From Squalus acanthias (Eukaryota), in assembly GCA_030390025.1 (NCBI GenBank), contig CM059431.1, forward strand, positions 142,044,001 to 142,108,000: 64,000 bases of DNA, given 5' to 3'. Of this stretch, positions 37,801 through 51,560 are shown one piece after another. Position 1 is the first letter of the stretch. Each line of letters opens with the position of its first letter. The notes under the pieces are model-generated. The model did not search any database. It had not been told where the DNA came from and saw nothing but the letters and a program-made list of their open reading frames with translations. A program made the position numbers and the translations under genes.

Positions 37801-39429
37801 CCTGATTTTCTGACATGTTAGTAAAAAAAATCGCGCAAAAATTAAAGAGCAATTGTCCTCACGGGATGGAAGAAACGAAGCTTTTATTTGCTCACATATT
37901 CCGGTTGATTTTAATTTTGTGGTTTAACATAATTCTAACATTTCCTTCTCTCTTTATTCCAGTTAGCCTGGTGGCGATTTCCATCCTGTGCCGAGGAAAT
38001 TGCCGTCTCTCCAAATGTGTCACTCGCTACCTGGTGGCGATGGCAGTAGCGGATTTAATAGTAGTGATTATTGAAGTCCTGATGTACCAGATTACTAGAA
38101 TTTATTGGAAAATCAAATTCCTGAAACAGGCTCCATTTTGTCTTGTCCATTATGTCCTGTGTCAGGTTGCTTTGGATTGTTCTGTTTGGCTCACCGTCGC
38201 TTTCACTTTCGATCGCTTTGTAGCCATTTGCTGCCCGAAGTTTAAGTTGAAATATTGCACCCCGAAAATTGCGGCGTTAGTTATTTTCCCAATATGTCTG
38301 GGGTTCTGTTTAAAGAACATCCCCTTTTATTTCCTGTATATGGAATCAAATTATTATATTCGCGGGAGTTTGAGGTGTTCGGGAAACAATCCCTACCCAT
38401 GTCGGAAACGTTTGAGTGGTTTTACTGGTTAGACCGTCTGTTGAAGCCGCTGCTTCCATCTGTCTCATTTTGCTCCCTAATGCTCTGACAGTCAGCCAGA
38501 TTATTGCGTCCAGTGGAGTCCGCAGGGGGCTCAGGGCCCGGAGTAATGGCGAGAAGCAGAGAGATCCAGAGATGGAAAATCGGAGACAATCCATCATTCT
38601 GCTCTTCACCCTGTCGGGCAGTTTTATTCTGTGATGGATGACAACTACTCTGGTCTTCATTCTCAGCCGATGTCTTTACACAGACCTGGAAACGTCTATT
38701 CGTCTTATTCAGGCAAAAAATGTCGGGACAGTAATTCAGCTTTTCAGCTGCTGCGCAAACACCTTCATTTATGGAGTGACCCAGAAGAAATTCAGAGAGC
38801 AGTTGAGGAGCGCGGTGGTGTATCCTGTTACTCTCGTTGCTAAATTAGTTTGATAATGTGTACCGCACAGATCAATGCGTCAGTTAATGTTCTAGTTTTG
38901 TAGCAGTGCCGACATGACCAGAAACCTCTCTGAATAAGACTACAATCCACCAACTGCGGTCTAACCTGGTGAACTTAACCCTTCTCGAGGTGAGAGTGCC
39001 CCTCCTCCCTACTCCTCCATTGTTTCCATTGACTGCTTCAGGGCACTTGCCTGTTTTATAATTCTATTTACATTTAGGCCTGATTTACAAGTGATCCTTG
39101 TTTGGTTTCTGTAGAATATTATCATATCAACACATTGCCCTTATGTGGAGGTATAATAAGATTTCGTCATACATCCATACCATTGATACAAGTTCGAGGA
39201 CTAGGAATCACTGCAACATCTTATTAATGCATTTCATTAAATCATGTCAATGTTATAATAAAACACTAATCCTTAAATGCAGGGTATATGAGATAGAGGT
39301 ACTTATAAAAACATTATAACTCCCGTAGAAAGGGCTCCTTCAGGAGATCGCAAGAGAGTCGCCTTGACTACTAACGCTGGCCTCAGCAAGAATGGGCTCA
39401 AAGTCCCCAAAGAGCTCCAGTGTGTTGTC

Positions 39430-41520
39430 ATAGAGTCAGAGAGTTATACAGTACAGAAAGAGGCCCCTCGGCCCATCGTGTCCGCGCCGGCCATCAAGCC
39501 CTGTCTATTCTAATCCCATTTTCCAGCACTTGGTCCTTAGCCTTCTATGCTATGATGTTTCAAGTGCTCATCTAAATGCTTCTTGAATGTTGTGAGGGTT
39601 CCTGCCTCTACCATCCTTTCAGTCAGTGAGAACCAGATTCCAACCACCCACTGTGTGAAAAAGTTTTTCCTCAAATCCCCTCTAAACCTCCTGCCCCTTA
39701 CGTTGGAAATATGCCCCCTGGTTATTGACCCCTCTACTAAGAGGAAAAGTTCCTTCTAGCTACCCTATCTATGCCCCTTATAATATTGTACACCTCAATC
39801 AGGTCCCCCCTCAGCCTTCTCTGCTCTAAGGAAAACAACCCCAGCCTGTCCAGTCTCTCTTCATAGCTGAAGCGCTCTAGCCCAAATAACATCCTGGTGA
39901 ATCTCCTCTGCACCCTCTCCAATGCAATCACATCCCTCCTATAGTGTGGTGACCAGAACTGCACACAGTATTCCAGCTGTCGCCTAACTAGCGTTTTGTA
40001 CAGCTCCATCATAATCTCCCTGCTCTTATATTCTATGCCTCGGCTAATGAAGGCAAGTATCCCATATGCCTTTTTTACCACCTTATCAACCTGTCCTGCT
40101 TCCTTCAGGAATCTATGTACATGTACACCAAGGTCCCTCTGATCCTCTGCCCTTCCTACGATCCTAACATTCATTGTGTATTCCCTTGGCTTGTTTGTAC
40201 TCCCAAAATGCATCATCTCACACTTTACAGGGTTAAATTCCATTTGCCACTGTTCTTCCCATCTAACCAACCCGTCTATATCGTCGTGTAGCCTGAGGCG
40301 TCCCTCCTCGCTATTTTTTACTCCACCAATTTTCGTGTCATCTGCGTACTTACTGATCATACCTCCTACATTCAAATCTGAATCATTAATGTACACTGCA
40401 AACAGCAAAGGAGCCAGCACCGATCCCTGCGGTACACCACTGGACACAGGCTTCCAGTCACAAAAACAAACCCTCGACCATCACCCTCTGCCTCCTGCCA
40501 CTAAGTCAATTTTGGATCCAATGTGCCAAATTGCCCTGGATCCCATGTGCTCTTACCTTCTTGACCAGTCTCCAATGTGGGACTTTGTAAAATGCCTTAC
40601 TGTATTCCATGTAGACAATGGCCCAAAAATTCGTGAGGAAGCCTTCGTGCGAGGGTAAGGCATCCCCGCGATCTCTCACTCCGCGTTGGCTTTTTCAGTT
40701 CCAGCTCGCACAAACTTGATGTTCTGGACAGCTGCTGTGCTGGGCTTGCGTATACCACCGGCGTAGTTAATTCGTGCGAGCTGTGGGATCACGTGACTCA
40801 GTTAGAGCCAATGGCAGCACACCATCTTCCATTCATAACTTTCACATAAGTGCTGTGAAAGTTATGAATACTATAGCCCCCCAAAAGAACCGCTAAACCT
40901 CAATTAATTTTTTTAAAAAACCATCACATTAATAAAATAAGTATAGTTAAATAAATTAACGATTTTAAATAAAAAATTAAATTTTTGAAAAAATTTAAAA
41001 TCTTTTAAAAAGTTATAAAAATAAACTTACCTGTCTTTAAAGTCTCTAAAAAAGATATACCTGTTAAAAAAAATTAAAAATAATACTTAATTCACTACTT
41101 ACCTTGTTAAAAGTGGGTCTTACTCCTCCTTTTTTTATGTGTAGAATCTTCCGTACTTACCTGCGCGTTGAAACCACTAAGTGTACAGCGTGCGCGCAGC
41201 CTGTAGCGCGCACGCGGTTCACCTAGGACCCGCCCCCTTTTCCATTCACCAAGTGCCGGTTTTAAGCGCATGCGCAGTGCATGCAGAAAACCGGCAATTG
41301 GAGACAGAATACGCGAGAGTACGCAGTGCGTACTCTCGCGTAGCGGGACTAATTTTTGGGTCTTTATCAACTGCACTACCCTCATCCACACACCTAGTCA
41401 CCCACTCGAAAAATTCAATCTAATTGGTCAGACATGATCTCCCCCTGACAAAGCCATGCTGACTATCCCTGATTAATCCCTGCCTCTCCAAGTGGAGACT
41501 AATTCTTTCCCTCAGAATTC
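39430..41520 (-). mobile_element. 5'-truncated CR1 LINE (second subfamily) interrupted by MITE A
   Basis: ORF 39737-40447 [29 protein letters not shown] sequence resumes after 41362. Confidence 0.9.
40620..41362. mobile_element. MITE family A copy nested in CR1 RT
   Basis: TIRs GGCCCAAAAATT / AATTTTTGGGTC; 743 bp. Confidence 0.85.
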
Positions 41521-42149
41521 TGTCCAATATCTTGTATCTTTTATATGTTTATCTTACGCCGCATAAAGCTCCGATTCAAATCTTCACATTTTACACAAAT
41601 TTATACTTCCATCCGACATCCGGAACTTCACTTGTTTGTCTAATATAAAATTTCTGATCCGATTGTTTTTTCTTCCAGTTAACCACTTCTGAAACTGATT
41701 CAGCACAAACCCTTCACACATATTGTAAACCATTGCCTTTGGCATCAATTGTTCCTTTTAGTGTTTGTTGTTCTGAATGGTTATCGCATTAATTTCATCA
41801 CCAACCCTTCTGCCATTTCTTTATGGAAACCAGAGACTCTCCTTGGTACGATATAACATCCCCTGTTTGTCTATGTATTCCTTGAAGCCACCGTTTTAAT
41901 TGCTTTCGCATCATTTCATCATGTTCCCTCATAGTCTCAATATCAGTCCACCTAAACCTGTATCAGAATTGCCCTCAGTGTAATCGTGTACACTCCACAT
42001 ATGTTTATTACATACACGGGAAGGAAAAGATACAGAATAAATATTTAACAGATTAAGAATAATCTGGAATGCAAATTCACGATGCAAACTATCTTTTGTA
42101 TTGGTAACGACAATTCCGTTTACAGGTCAGTCCGCATGGTCGGAGCACA

Positions 42150-42550
42150 GAAGAACATAAGAAATGAGAGCAGGAGTAGTCCATACGGCCCCTCGAGCCT
42201 GCTCCGCAATTCAATAAGATCATGGCTGATCATCGACATCAACTCAACTTTCCCGCCCGATTTCCATATCCCAGAATCCCCTAGAGTCCAAAAACTATCT
42301 GTCTCAGCCCTGAATATACTCAAAGGCTCAGCATTCACAGCCCACTGGAGCAGAGAATTCCACAGATTCACAACCCTCTGCGTGAAGAAATTCCTCCTCA
42401 TCTCTGTCTTAAATGGCCGACCCCTTATCCTGAGACTAAGCCCGTTAGTTCTAGACACTCCAGCCAGGGGAAACAACCTCTCAGCATCTACCCTGTCAAT
42501 CCCCTTCAGAATCTTGCATGTTCCAATGAGATCACCTCTCATTCTTCTAC
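42150..42550 (-). mobile_element. CR1 3' end fragment
   Basis: MRGDLI..FFTQRVVNLWNSL and CR1 3' UTR. Confidence 0.85.
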
Positions 42551-44005
42551 CTGAGTCACTGAGCCTGCTTTTCTCTCTCTAGTCTCTACGTTCAGTTTTA
42601 TTTGAGTCAACCTTAACTTGCAGATTAGGTCCCCAGGCTCTGGAATTACTGAGCAGCACAGCGACGAACAGGAATAGCTTTGGCACACGGTGAAAATCAC
42701 GATCACCTGTAATAAAGAGCAGAGAACACATGATGGCTCTTCTGGGGAGCACGGAATGTCACTAAGGGAATGTAGTTAGTAAATGTCCAATAAAGGAAAT
42801 GTTGACGCTGAAAGAAACGCATAATTTAAACAGTAATTCCTCTGTAATCTTGGTATGAGCGTTGCAGTCGCTGGTCTCCCCGTCAGACTCCGCCCCCATT
42901 GTCTCGTGGACCAAGTGGGGCCCTCTCTCCTGATCATTGACTAATGATGGAGACAGTAGGAACTTGACTTGTCAATGTGACATTAGACTCTTTGTTCACA
43001 GATATCTACTTAAAATCTCAACTGTTCTTCACAATGTTGGAATATTATAACAGGGGGCACTCCATTCGATACAATCAGTCCTTGTGGCGTTTAACCCGAA
43101 CAAATACTTCCATTTACTTTTCCCAGCCTGTCTGAACATCCCTTCAAGATATTATCATTGATCAATCTATCCAATTTAAACTTGAATATTGACATACTTT
43201 CTGCCTCCGTTAATTCCACAGCCTCATAACTCTTCATGTAAAGATGTTTCAAACACCCTCAGTTCTAAATCTCTTACATTTATTATTTTATCTCTGACCG
43301 TTAGTTCTGGATCCCTGAACGAGTGGAAGCAGCCTGCTTCTATGTACCCTGTTCCGTCCCTTCTTAACGCATTACACTTGGACACGGCCCGACAAAATAT
43401 ATCAATCTCTTATCAATGCACAGTCTAGTGAAAATCATAAAAGTGTAGCTAAGACAGTTAATGTATAGATTTATCATGGAGATCGTTGTGTCCTTTATGG
43501 TACTGAACAATGAGAAGAATGTACTTGATAGCTTAGTGAAATCCCACAACGTCGGGACGATGCAGGGGGAGATTGTAACTAAACTCCTCTATAGTGTATA
43601 AGAGGGAAGTCCTGACAGTTGTAAGTTGTGAAGGCAGAGAAGCATCCAGAATATTCTCGCAGACATTCCTAGGCGAATACGGACCTGAGGCAGGGCCAGA
43701 GGGGTGCATACAAATCTTAACGCGACTATTACCGGAGGCAGAAACAGGGTAGTATAACTCTTAATTATACATTGTAAATTGCTGCTTAAGATACAGTAAT
43801 TGTATTGATTCTTGCATGTGATGATTAAAGTTTTAATTACTGCCACCAATACGGGTCAATGTCGAATCATTTGGAATCGACGATCTCAGAAAGAGATTCT
43901 TACACATAGACACTATCTAGGAAAAGTCAGGAAAGTGCAGTGAAAATAACTAATTTGTAGCTTTCTGTTGACGACGTTTGTGTCCTTGTTTATACTGAAC
44001 AATGA

Positions 44006-44237
44006 TGTGTAGATGCCGGTGTTGGACTGGGGTGGACAAATGTGAGAAGTCGCACAACACCAGGTTATAGTCCAACAGCTTTATTTGAAATCACAAGCTT
44101 TCGGAGCGCTGCTCCTTGGTCAGGTGAAGTAAAGAGATGCATCTCTTCACTTCACCTGACGAATGAGCAGCGCTCCGAAAGCTTGTGATTTCAAATAAAG
44201 CTGTTGGACTATAACCTGGTGTTGGGCGACTTTTCAC
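44006..44237. mobile_element. Penelope-like element relic in inverted-repeat (fold-back) form
   Basis: About 95-bp arms 44042-44137 and 44142-44237 are near-perfect reverse complements; 14-bp flanking direct repeat ATACTGAACAATGA / ATGCTGAACAATGA. Confidence 0.75.
44153..44187 (+). ncRNA. Minimal type I hammerhead ribozyme (Penelope-associated); mutated mirror copy at 44092-44126 (-)
   Basis: CAC-CTGACGA-a(t)GAGC agc GCTC(c)-GAAA-GC-TT-GTG: CUGANGA and GAAA core boxes, stem II GAGC/GCTC, stem I CAC/GTG. Confidence 0.7.
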
Positions 44238-45367
44238 ATGCTGAACAATGAGAAGAATATATTTGATAGCTTGGCCACTATCCGAAACATCAGGACCAGG
44301 CAGGGTGAAATTCAAATCAAACACCTCCACAGCCCCGATCTTTTGATCGATAGCCAGAAAGGACAGAAATGGGTCAATATCGGATGTCTGGTGCTGCCTG
44401 ATCTTGTGATGTTACTGTGTGTACAGAAGTGACGTGAACGTGAACCAACCAGCATGCGATATACATGATGCAGATGCCTGAAGAACGGATCCATGACATG
44501 TTGAGTCAAGCTGACATCACCACGACATGAATTTGTTAATGTGGCTCTAGAGAGTGAGAACATGTGTAAAAGCAATAGGTAGAAATCTGCGCCATAGAAT
44601 AGGTCGAGATAAATATATGATGCTGCTGAGATGTTGGTAAGTGATGGCTGTCAGTATTCTAACACCAACAGAGGGGCACTGTAACGAATGGGTTAATCAG
44701 ACTGTCTTGAAGTCTGCTAATGTTATATTGTGTTGGTTTCTCTTTATATTTTAGTAATGTTAACCTTCAGCATTTGTCTGTTAAGCAGGGAAGTACAAGA
44801 CAATTTAAAGTACCGCTGAGTTGATGGGCCAGGCCTGATCCTGCAGCAATGGTCAGTTTCAGGATGAAGCAATAATATATTTAATTTAAGAGATGTAATC
44901 CCAAACTGATTCATATATTTCAGAGAACATTAATCATTTGATAACGTGTGGAAAGGTTATGCACTGCGAAGGAAAACATCTGGACATACATCAGCATTTA
45001 TAATTGACGTCAATGATACAGAAAATGTCATGACTTACAATTCAGGTTTTCACTTGGTATAATTGCAATTATATGGATCAAGAGTGAAACTATCGATAAG
45101 ATAACAAGCTAAGATTACGGTACGCGTCAGCCCAATAGAAAAAAAAACAGCTCATTCAGTAAGGAAAACTCGTTATTGATAAAGGTCATGCAAATTGGTT
45201 TCATTTCCCCGTGGATCCCAGGTTCTGGTAATCCGGCTGGCATCCAGCTTCTGGGGGATGTGTTGGTGAATAGCGGGCAGTTTTTTGGAATGGGCACATT
45301 CTCATTTAACAGGATTCAAAAGGCCAACTCTATTTGAGGCAGGAGGAAGGCAGCAGGCAGAGGTTTT

Positions 45368-46110
45368 GGCCCAGAAATTAAAGAGGGAGCCTTCGTGCGG
45401 GGGTAAGGCTTCCCCGCGTAATCTCACTGCGCGCCGGCTTTTTCATTCCGAGCTCGCACGAACATGATTTTCTAGACAGCAGCTGGGCAGTGCTTGCGTA
45501 TCCCACAGGCGCAGTTAATTTGTGCGAGCTGTGGGATCACGTGATTCAGTTAGAGCCAATGGCAGCACTCCATCTTTCATGTCATAGTTTTCACATCAAG
45601 TGCTGTGAAAGCTATGAATCTATACCCCCCCAAAAGAACAGCTAAACCTCAATTAATTTTTTAAAAAACCATCACATTAATAAAATAAGTATAGTTAAAT
45701 AAATTAACCACTTTAAACAAAAAATTAAATTTTTGAAAAAATTTAAAATCTTTTAAAAAGTTATAAAAATAAACTTACCTTTCTTTAAAGTCTCTAAAAA
45801 AGATATACCTGTTGAAAAAAATTCAAAATAATTCTTAATTAACTACTTACCTTGTTAAAAGAGGGTCTTACGCCTCCTTTCTTTATGCGCAAAATCTTCC
45901 ATGATTACCTGCGCGTTCAAAGCACTAAGTGCACAGCGTGCGCGCAGCATGTAACGCGCACGCAGTTCACTTAGGAACCGCCACCTTTTGAAATCGCCAA
46001 GTGCCGGTTTTCAGCGCATGCGCAGTGCATGCAGAAAACCGGAAATTGGAGACTGAATACCCGAGAGTACACAGTGCGTACTCTCGCGTAGAGGCACTAA
46101 TTTTTGGGCC
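45368..46110. mobile_element. MITE family A copy
   Basis: TIRs GGCCCAGAAATTA / TAATTTTTGGGCC; 743 bp. Confidence 0.85.
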
Positions 46111-46279
46111 ATTAATTCTCTCAGTGAGCGATGTATCTGCACCCTGCTACAATCGTGAGAAGGCGATGTGTAATCAATCAAATCATCTAATATCAACATA
46201 TACAATAGAAATCAAAGGCATGAACAATTTAACCATTGCATTACCGTGTCAAATTAAGTCCCGTATGGCTGTGATTCCC

Positions 46280-46780
46280 CGCCCCCTGTTTCTGATTAAA
46301 TAATTGTGTTCCCTTGAGATTTTCTATTTCTAATTAAACAGTTACTGTGTTTCCCTAACATTCCTTGCCCTCTATTTGTTATCAAACAGTAACCGTGTTC
46401 TCCTTTCACCTACTTCTATACACATAGCTACAAAGTTATGTGAACCCCGATTTGTAATTAAACCTTTACTCCCAAATTACCCTGAACTCGATTCCGAATT
46501 AAACAGTTAATGTGTTCCCCTAATTCCCCGTGCTCCTGTTTCTAATTACATGGTTACTGTGTTCCACTAAAGTCACTTGCGTCCTATTCCTAACTAAACT
46601 GCTACTCTTTTCCCCTACAGTTCTTTTTATTCCATTTATAACTAAACAATTGTTCTAATCCCCTAAATTCTCCAGTCCTGTATTTCTATTTAAACAGATG
46701 GTGTATTCCTTTCAATTCACCTGGCGTGTATTTGCAATTAAACAGTTACAGTCTTACCGTAAATTCCCCGATGTTCCCCA
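46280..46780. repeat. Degenerate minisatellite, about 47-bp period, about 10 units
   Basis: Recurrent TAATTAAACAGTTA.TGTGTTCCC core at about 46330, 46496, 46542, 46590, 46637, 46685 and 46734. Confidence 0.7.
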
Positions 46781-46819
46781 TATCACGTTGTGTTCTCTAC
46801 GATCTAATTTTGTCCACGT

Positions 46820-49800
46820 GATACACCTCGTTCTCTCTCGACCTTCTTCCAACTAAATCCCATAAAATGGCGGACTACTCAACTTCTGTTCCTAGCCACC
46901 ATGCTGGCTGATAATCTGAACGGTTTCCTCTGCTCTGGTACTGTTCCTATCCCTTTCAAATCTGCCGTCTCGCACACCTCCAAACAAATGCAGCTTGATC
47001 CCTCTATCTTTGTAAACTATCACCCCATCTCCAACCTCCTATTCCTCTCCAAAGTCCTTGAACGTACTGTTGTCTCCCAAATCCGTGACCAACTTTCCAC
47101 AACTCCATGTTTGAATCTCTCCAATCAGTTTCCTGCGTTTTCCACCGCACTGAATCTGCCCTTATCGCAGTCACAAACGGCATCCTCTGTGACTGTGACC
47201 CTGGTGCACTATCCTGCCTCATTCTTCCCGTCTTTGACAAGGCTGACCTCATCATGGTCCAATAGCCTGTCCTCCATTTTCCTGCATTCACCTGGTTCCA
47301 CTCTTACTTATGCAGTCAGAGCCAGAGAGTATCCTGCAATGGTTTTATCTCCGCACTCTCACACCGTTACCTCTGGTGACTCCAAAGATTATAATCTTTC
47401 ATCCTTCGATTTCTCATCTACATGCTGCCCCTTGGCGACATCATCGGGGAACACAACGTCAGATTCCACATGTATGCTGACGACACACCGTTCTACCTCA
47501 CCACCACCTCTCTCGACCCCTCCACTGCCTCTGTGTTGTCAAACCACTTGTCTGACCTGCAACCGTGGATGAGCCTTCAATTAAACATTGGGCAGACTGA
47601 ATCCATTGTCGTTGGTCCCAGCGACAAATTCCATTCTCTAGCCATCGATTCAATTTACCTCCACGGCCAATGTCTGAGGCTGAACCAGCATGTTCGCAAT
47701 CTCAGCGCCCCAGCTCAGCTTTTGACCCCATATCGTCTCCATCTCAAAGACTGCGTAACATCTGCCAGCTCCGCTCCATCGGCCGCCAGAACCCTCCATG
47801 CTTTTGCCACCTCCACACTTGACAATCCAATGCCGTTCTGTCCGGCTTCATATCTCAGACCCTCCATAATCTTAATCTTACCCAAAACTCTGCTGCCCAT
47901 AGCTTGACTTGCACCAAGTCCCTTTGACACATCACATTTTGCTCGTTCAACTACATTGGCTCTCGCTCCAGCAACTTCTCGATTTAGAAACATACATCTT
48001 CATGTTCAAGTCGCTCCATTGCCTCGCACCACCCCTATCTCTGTCACCTTATCCAGCCATACAGCCCTCTGAGATGTCTGCATTGCTTGTGCACCCTTCT
48101 CTTTCTTCTCCCCATTAATGGCGAATGTGCCTTCAGCTGTCTGTGCCCTAAACTCTGGAAATCCCTCCCTTAACCTTTCCACCTATCTCTTCTTCTTTTA
48201 AGATCTCAGTAAAACCTAAGTATTTGAAAAAAAGTTTGGTCACCTCTCCTAATATCTCCTTCTTTGGCTCGGTATCCTGCTTCTTCACCGCACGTCAACT
48301 ACAAGAGAAATGCAGGGAACAGCACCAACCGCTGTACATGGCCTTCTTCGATCTCACAAAGGCCTTCGACGCTGTCAACCGTCAGGGATTGTGGAGTGTC
48401 CTCCGCAAATTTGGCTGCCCTCAAAAGATTGTCACCATCCTCCACCTGCTTCACGACGACAATCAAGTCGTGATCCTGACCAACGGTTCCACCACAGACC
48501 CAATTCACATACGAACCGGGGTCAAGCAAGGCTGTGTCATCGCACCAACAGTCTTCTCGATGTTCCTTGCTGCAATGCTCCATCTCGCCCTCAGTAAGCT
48601 CCCCGCTGGAGTGGAGCTAATTTACAGAACAAACGGGAAACTGTTCAACCTCCGTCGCCTTCAGTCCAGACCCAAGGTCGTCCCATTATCTGTCTTGGAA
48701 TTACAGTATGCAGACGATGCCTGCATCTGCGCACACTCGGAGGTCGAACTCCAAACCATTGTCAACACCTTCAACGAAGCGTACGAGAGCATGGGTCTTA
48801 CACTAAACATCCGTAAGACAAAGGTCCTCTACCAACCTTCCCCTGCTACACAGTACTGCCTCCCCCGATTATCAAAATCCACGACAAGGCCTTGGACAAC
48901 GTGGACCACTTTCCATACCTCGGGAGCCTACTTTCAACAACGGCAGACGTCGACGACAAAGTCCAACACCGCCTTCAGTGTGCGAGTGCAGCCTTCGGTT
49001 GCCATAGAATGAGAGTGTTTGAAGATCAGGACCTCAACCCCGGCACTAAGCTCATGGTATACAGAGCAGCAGTGATACCCGCCCTGCTGTATGTCTCAGA
49101 GACATGGACCATGTACAGCAGGCACCTCAAAGCACTGGAGAGGTACCACCAACGCTGCCTCCGCAGGATCCTGCAATTCCATTGGCAGGATAGGCGCACT
49201 AACATCAGTGTTCTTGCTCAGGCCAACATCCCCAGCATCGAAGCTTTGACCACACTGGATCAGTTGCGATGGACGGGTCACATTGTCCGCATTCCCAATA
49301 CGAGACTGCCAAATCAAGCGCTCTAATTGGAGCTCCGGCACGGCAAGAGAGCCCCAGGTGAGCAGAGGAAACGCTTCAAGGACACCCTCAAAGCCTCCTT
49401 GAAAAAGTGTAACTTCCCCACCGACACCTGGGCATCCCTGGCCCAAGACCGCACAAAGTGGAGGAGAAGCATCCGGGAAGACGCCGAACACCTCGAGTCT
49501 CTTCGCCGGGGGCAAGTGGAAGCCAAGCGCAGGCAGTGCAAGGAGCGCACGTCAAGCCAAGAAACCCAACCACTCGCCCCTTCAACCACCGTCTGCCCCA
49601 CCATTGAAAGAGACTGTAGGTCCCGCATTGGACTCAACAGTCACCTGCGAACTCATTTTTAATGTGGAAGCAAGTCATCCTCGTTTCCGAGGGACTGCCT
49701 AAGAAGAAAAAGATCCTGTTTTGTCTGATTCCGCTAACGTGAAGCACCTTGGGGCGTTTTACTAAGTTAATGCATTGTATAAATGAAGGTTATTCTTATT
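46820..49800 (+). mobile_element. Degenerate L2 LINE (RT and 3' end) split by an RTE insertion
   Basis: NYHPISNLLFLSKVLE, FHMYADDT, LQLNIGQTE, LHWL; L2 tail resumes at 49713-49800. Confidence 0.8.
48280..49712 (+). mobile_element. 5'-truncated RTE-clade LINE
   Basis: FTARQLQEKCREQ..FDLTKAFD..GVKQGC..LQYADDA; C-terminal RSRIGLNSHLRTH; (AAG)n tail; ATCCTG direct repeat at 48274-48279 and 49713-49718. Confidence 0.9.
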
Positions 49801-51299
49801 GTAATGAGCAGTCCATCCTTGCCAATCCCGTTTTCCACATGTAGCTACATGGCGCATTTATAATGATCAGTGGGATTAGTCTGCAGCGATCAATCTATTG
49901 TAATGATCAGTCCATCCTGGCCAGTCCCGTCACCCACATGTATCTAGGTGGTTCGGTCCATTTACAATGATCAGTGGGATTGGGTTGTATCGCTGATCAG
50001 CACAGTCTACTGGTTCAGTACAGGAAATTACTCCAATCCCGATGCACAGCGTGTTCACCTGTAATTAGCAGTGGGCCAGAGGCTCACAGCTCAGTGACTG
50101 TTCTCAACTAATGGACCCTCAACTGCTCCCTACAGAGTTCACCATCTCAGGCCGGACTCGGTCTGTGCTGTAGAGAAGACGGAAAGTAACGGCACCGAAA
50201 GTGTTCTTATAATGATAAAAACGAGAGGGAGTGTAGTGACGCCTCGCTTTAATATCCCACATTGTAGATTATCTACCTCGCTGGAAGAGAATAACCTATT
50301 GACTGATCACCGGAGCAACGAAAGCTCTGACAATGAATGGGAGCGTGATGGGAAGAATCCAGATGTGGAGAACACTCTACCCTGTGGATAAGGCCAGCTC
50401 CAGCTCGCGGTGTTACACTGAATATCCCACTGTTCCATATAAAGAGTGCATGCGCTTCACCGGCCAGGGGGAAAGAATGAGTTGACACTAAAACCCCGCC
50501 TGGTCATTAGAAAACCGAGAGAGCCCGTTTAATTGATCAATCACATGCAGTGATGAACGTGCCCAATTCAGTCACGAGAACCCAGTCCACTGCCAGTGCA
50601 TCCATAAAACTCAGAACAAAGCATCATAGGGTTTCCTGGAGTCCAAACAATACAATGAAATGAGCATTGAGTCGGTGTCCGTCGGGCTCGGAGGATATGA
50701 TGAGCGTCAAATAAAAGAACTTAACTATCAATCTTACAATATACAGGTGCAGAAGCGGGCGTCAGAGCGCCGCGCCAGCGCTAGTCATGTACAGTGACCC
50801 ACCGACAGGGAAAGACCCCGAGGGCGGATGAGCCCTCATAGCGCTGGGGAGTGCACAGAGAGGAAAATGAATGGAGGGAACATTGGGCGAGATGTCTTGC
50901 TCCATGCGAATCCTCCTCGCCCTGTTTTGCTCTGCGCGCTCTGTGTATCCGCTACTTTACTCCCGAGTACGGAACGACACATCTCCGTCCCGGGGGCAGG
51001 ATTTAATTCCCTGGCTCATAAACATCCCGAGTGCACTGCGACCGGAAATTACATCCATCTGAGTGACCCCGCCCTGACGCCGGCTCAGCTTTCCCCGGTT
51101 TCCCCAATCAAATTGCTAGCGGAGGCACATGTCTCATTTACCGACCGATATTGGGGCCCCTCCTCGGGTTGGGGAGGCGCATGAAATTTGGTGCCGAACT
51201 CGATGCAGCAATGGGATGGGAAATGCAGGCTTTAGTTTGTGAAACTATCTGGATCAGAGCAGTGACTGAGGATGCTGGTTCCTATTATTATCCTAATAA

Positions 51300-51560
51300 A
51301 CCCAATAGGGAATTCAGGAGAAACTTATTTACTCAGAGATTTGTGAGAATGTGAAACTCGCTACCATGTGGAGTCGTTAAGGCGAATAGCTTTGATGCAT
51401 TTAAGCAGAAGCGAGATAGGTACATGAGGGAGAAAGAAATAGATGGATATGCTGATAGGTTTACATGAATTAGGGTGGGAGGCGTCTCGTGTGGAGTATA
51501 AACACCGGCCTGGATCAGTGGGGCCGAATGGCATGTTTCTGTGCTGCAGATTCTATGTAA
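51300..51560 (+). mobile_element. CR1 3' end fragment
   Basis: RRNLFTQRFVRM and 3' UTR ending GGGCCGAATGGC..ATTCTATGTAA. Confidence 0.75.

Larger units (their letters stand above)
35875..38853 (+). pseudogene. GPR139-like: Divergent GPR139-like GPCR copy 3 pseudogene (putative exon 1 35875-35929, exon 2 37963-38853)
   Basis: Exon 2 YLVAMAVADL, SVWLTVAFTFDRF, RRQSIILL, NTFIY; frameshifts at about 38390-38460 and TGA at 38632-38634; exon-1 candidate MIDCPEILYLIITAIGAP ends phase 1 at a broken donor GGAAGT. Confidence 0.85.

Noticed and set aside
44663..44682. CTCF-like site CCAACAGAGGGGCAC
   Set aside because: Mismatches the core spacing; a single weak motif match is expected by chance
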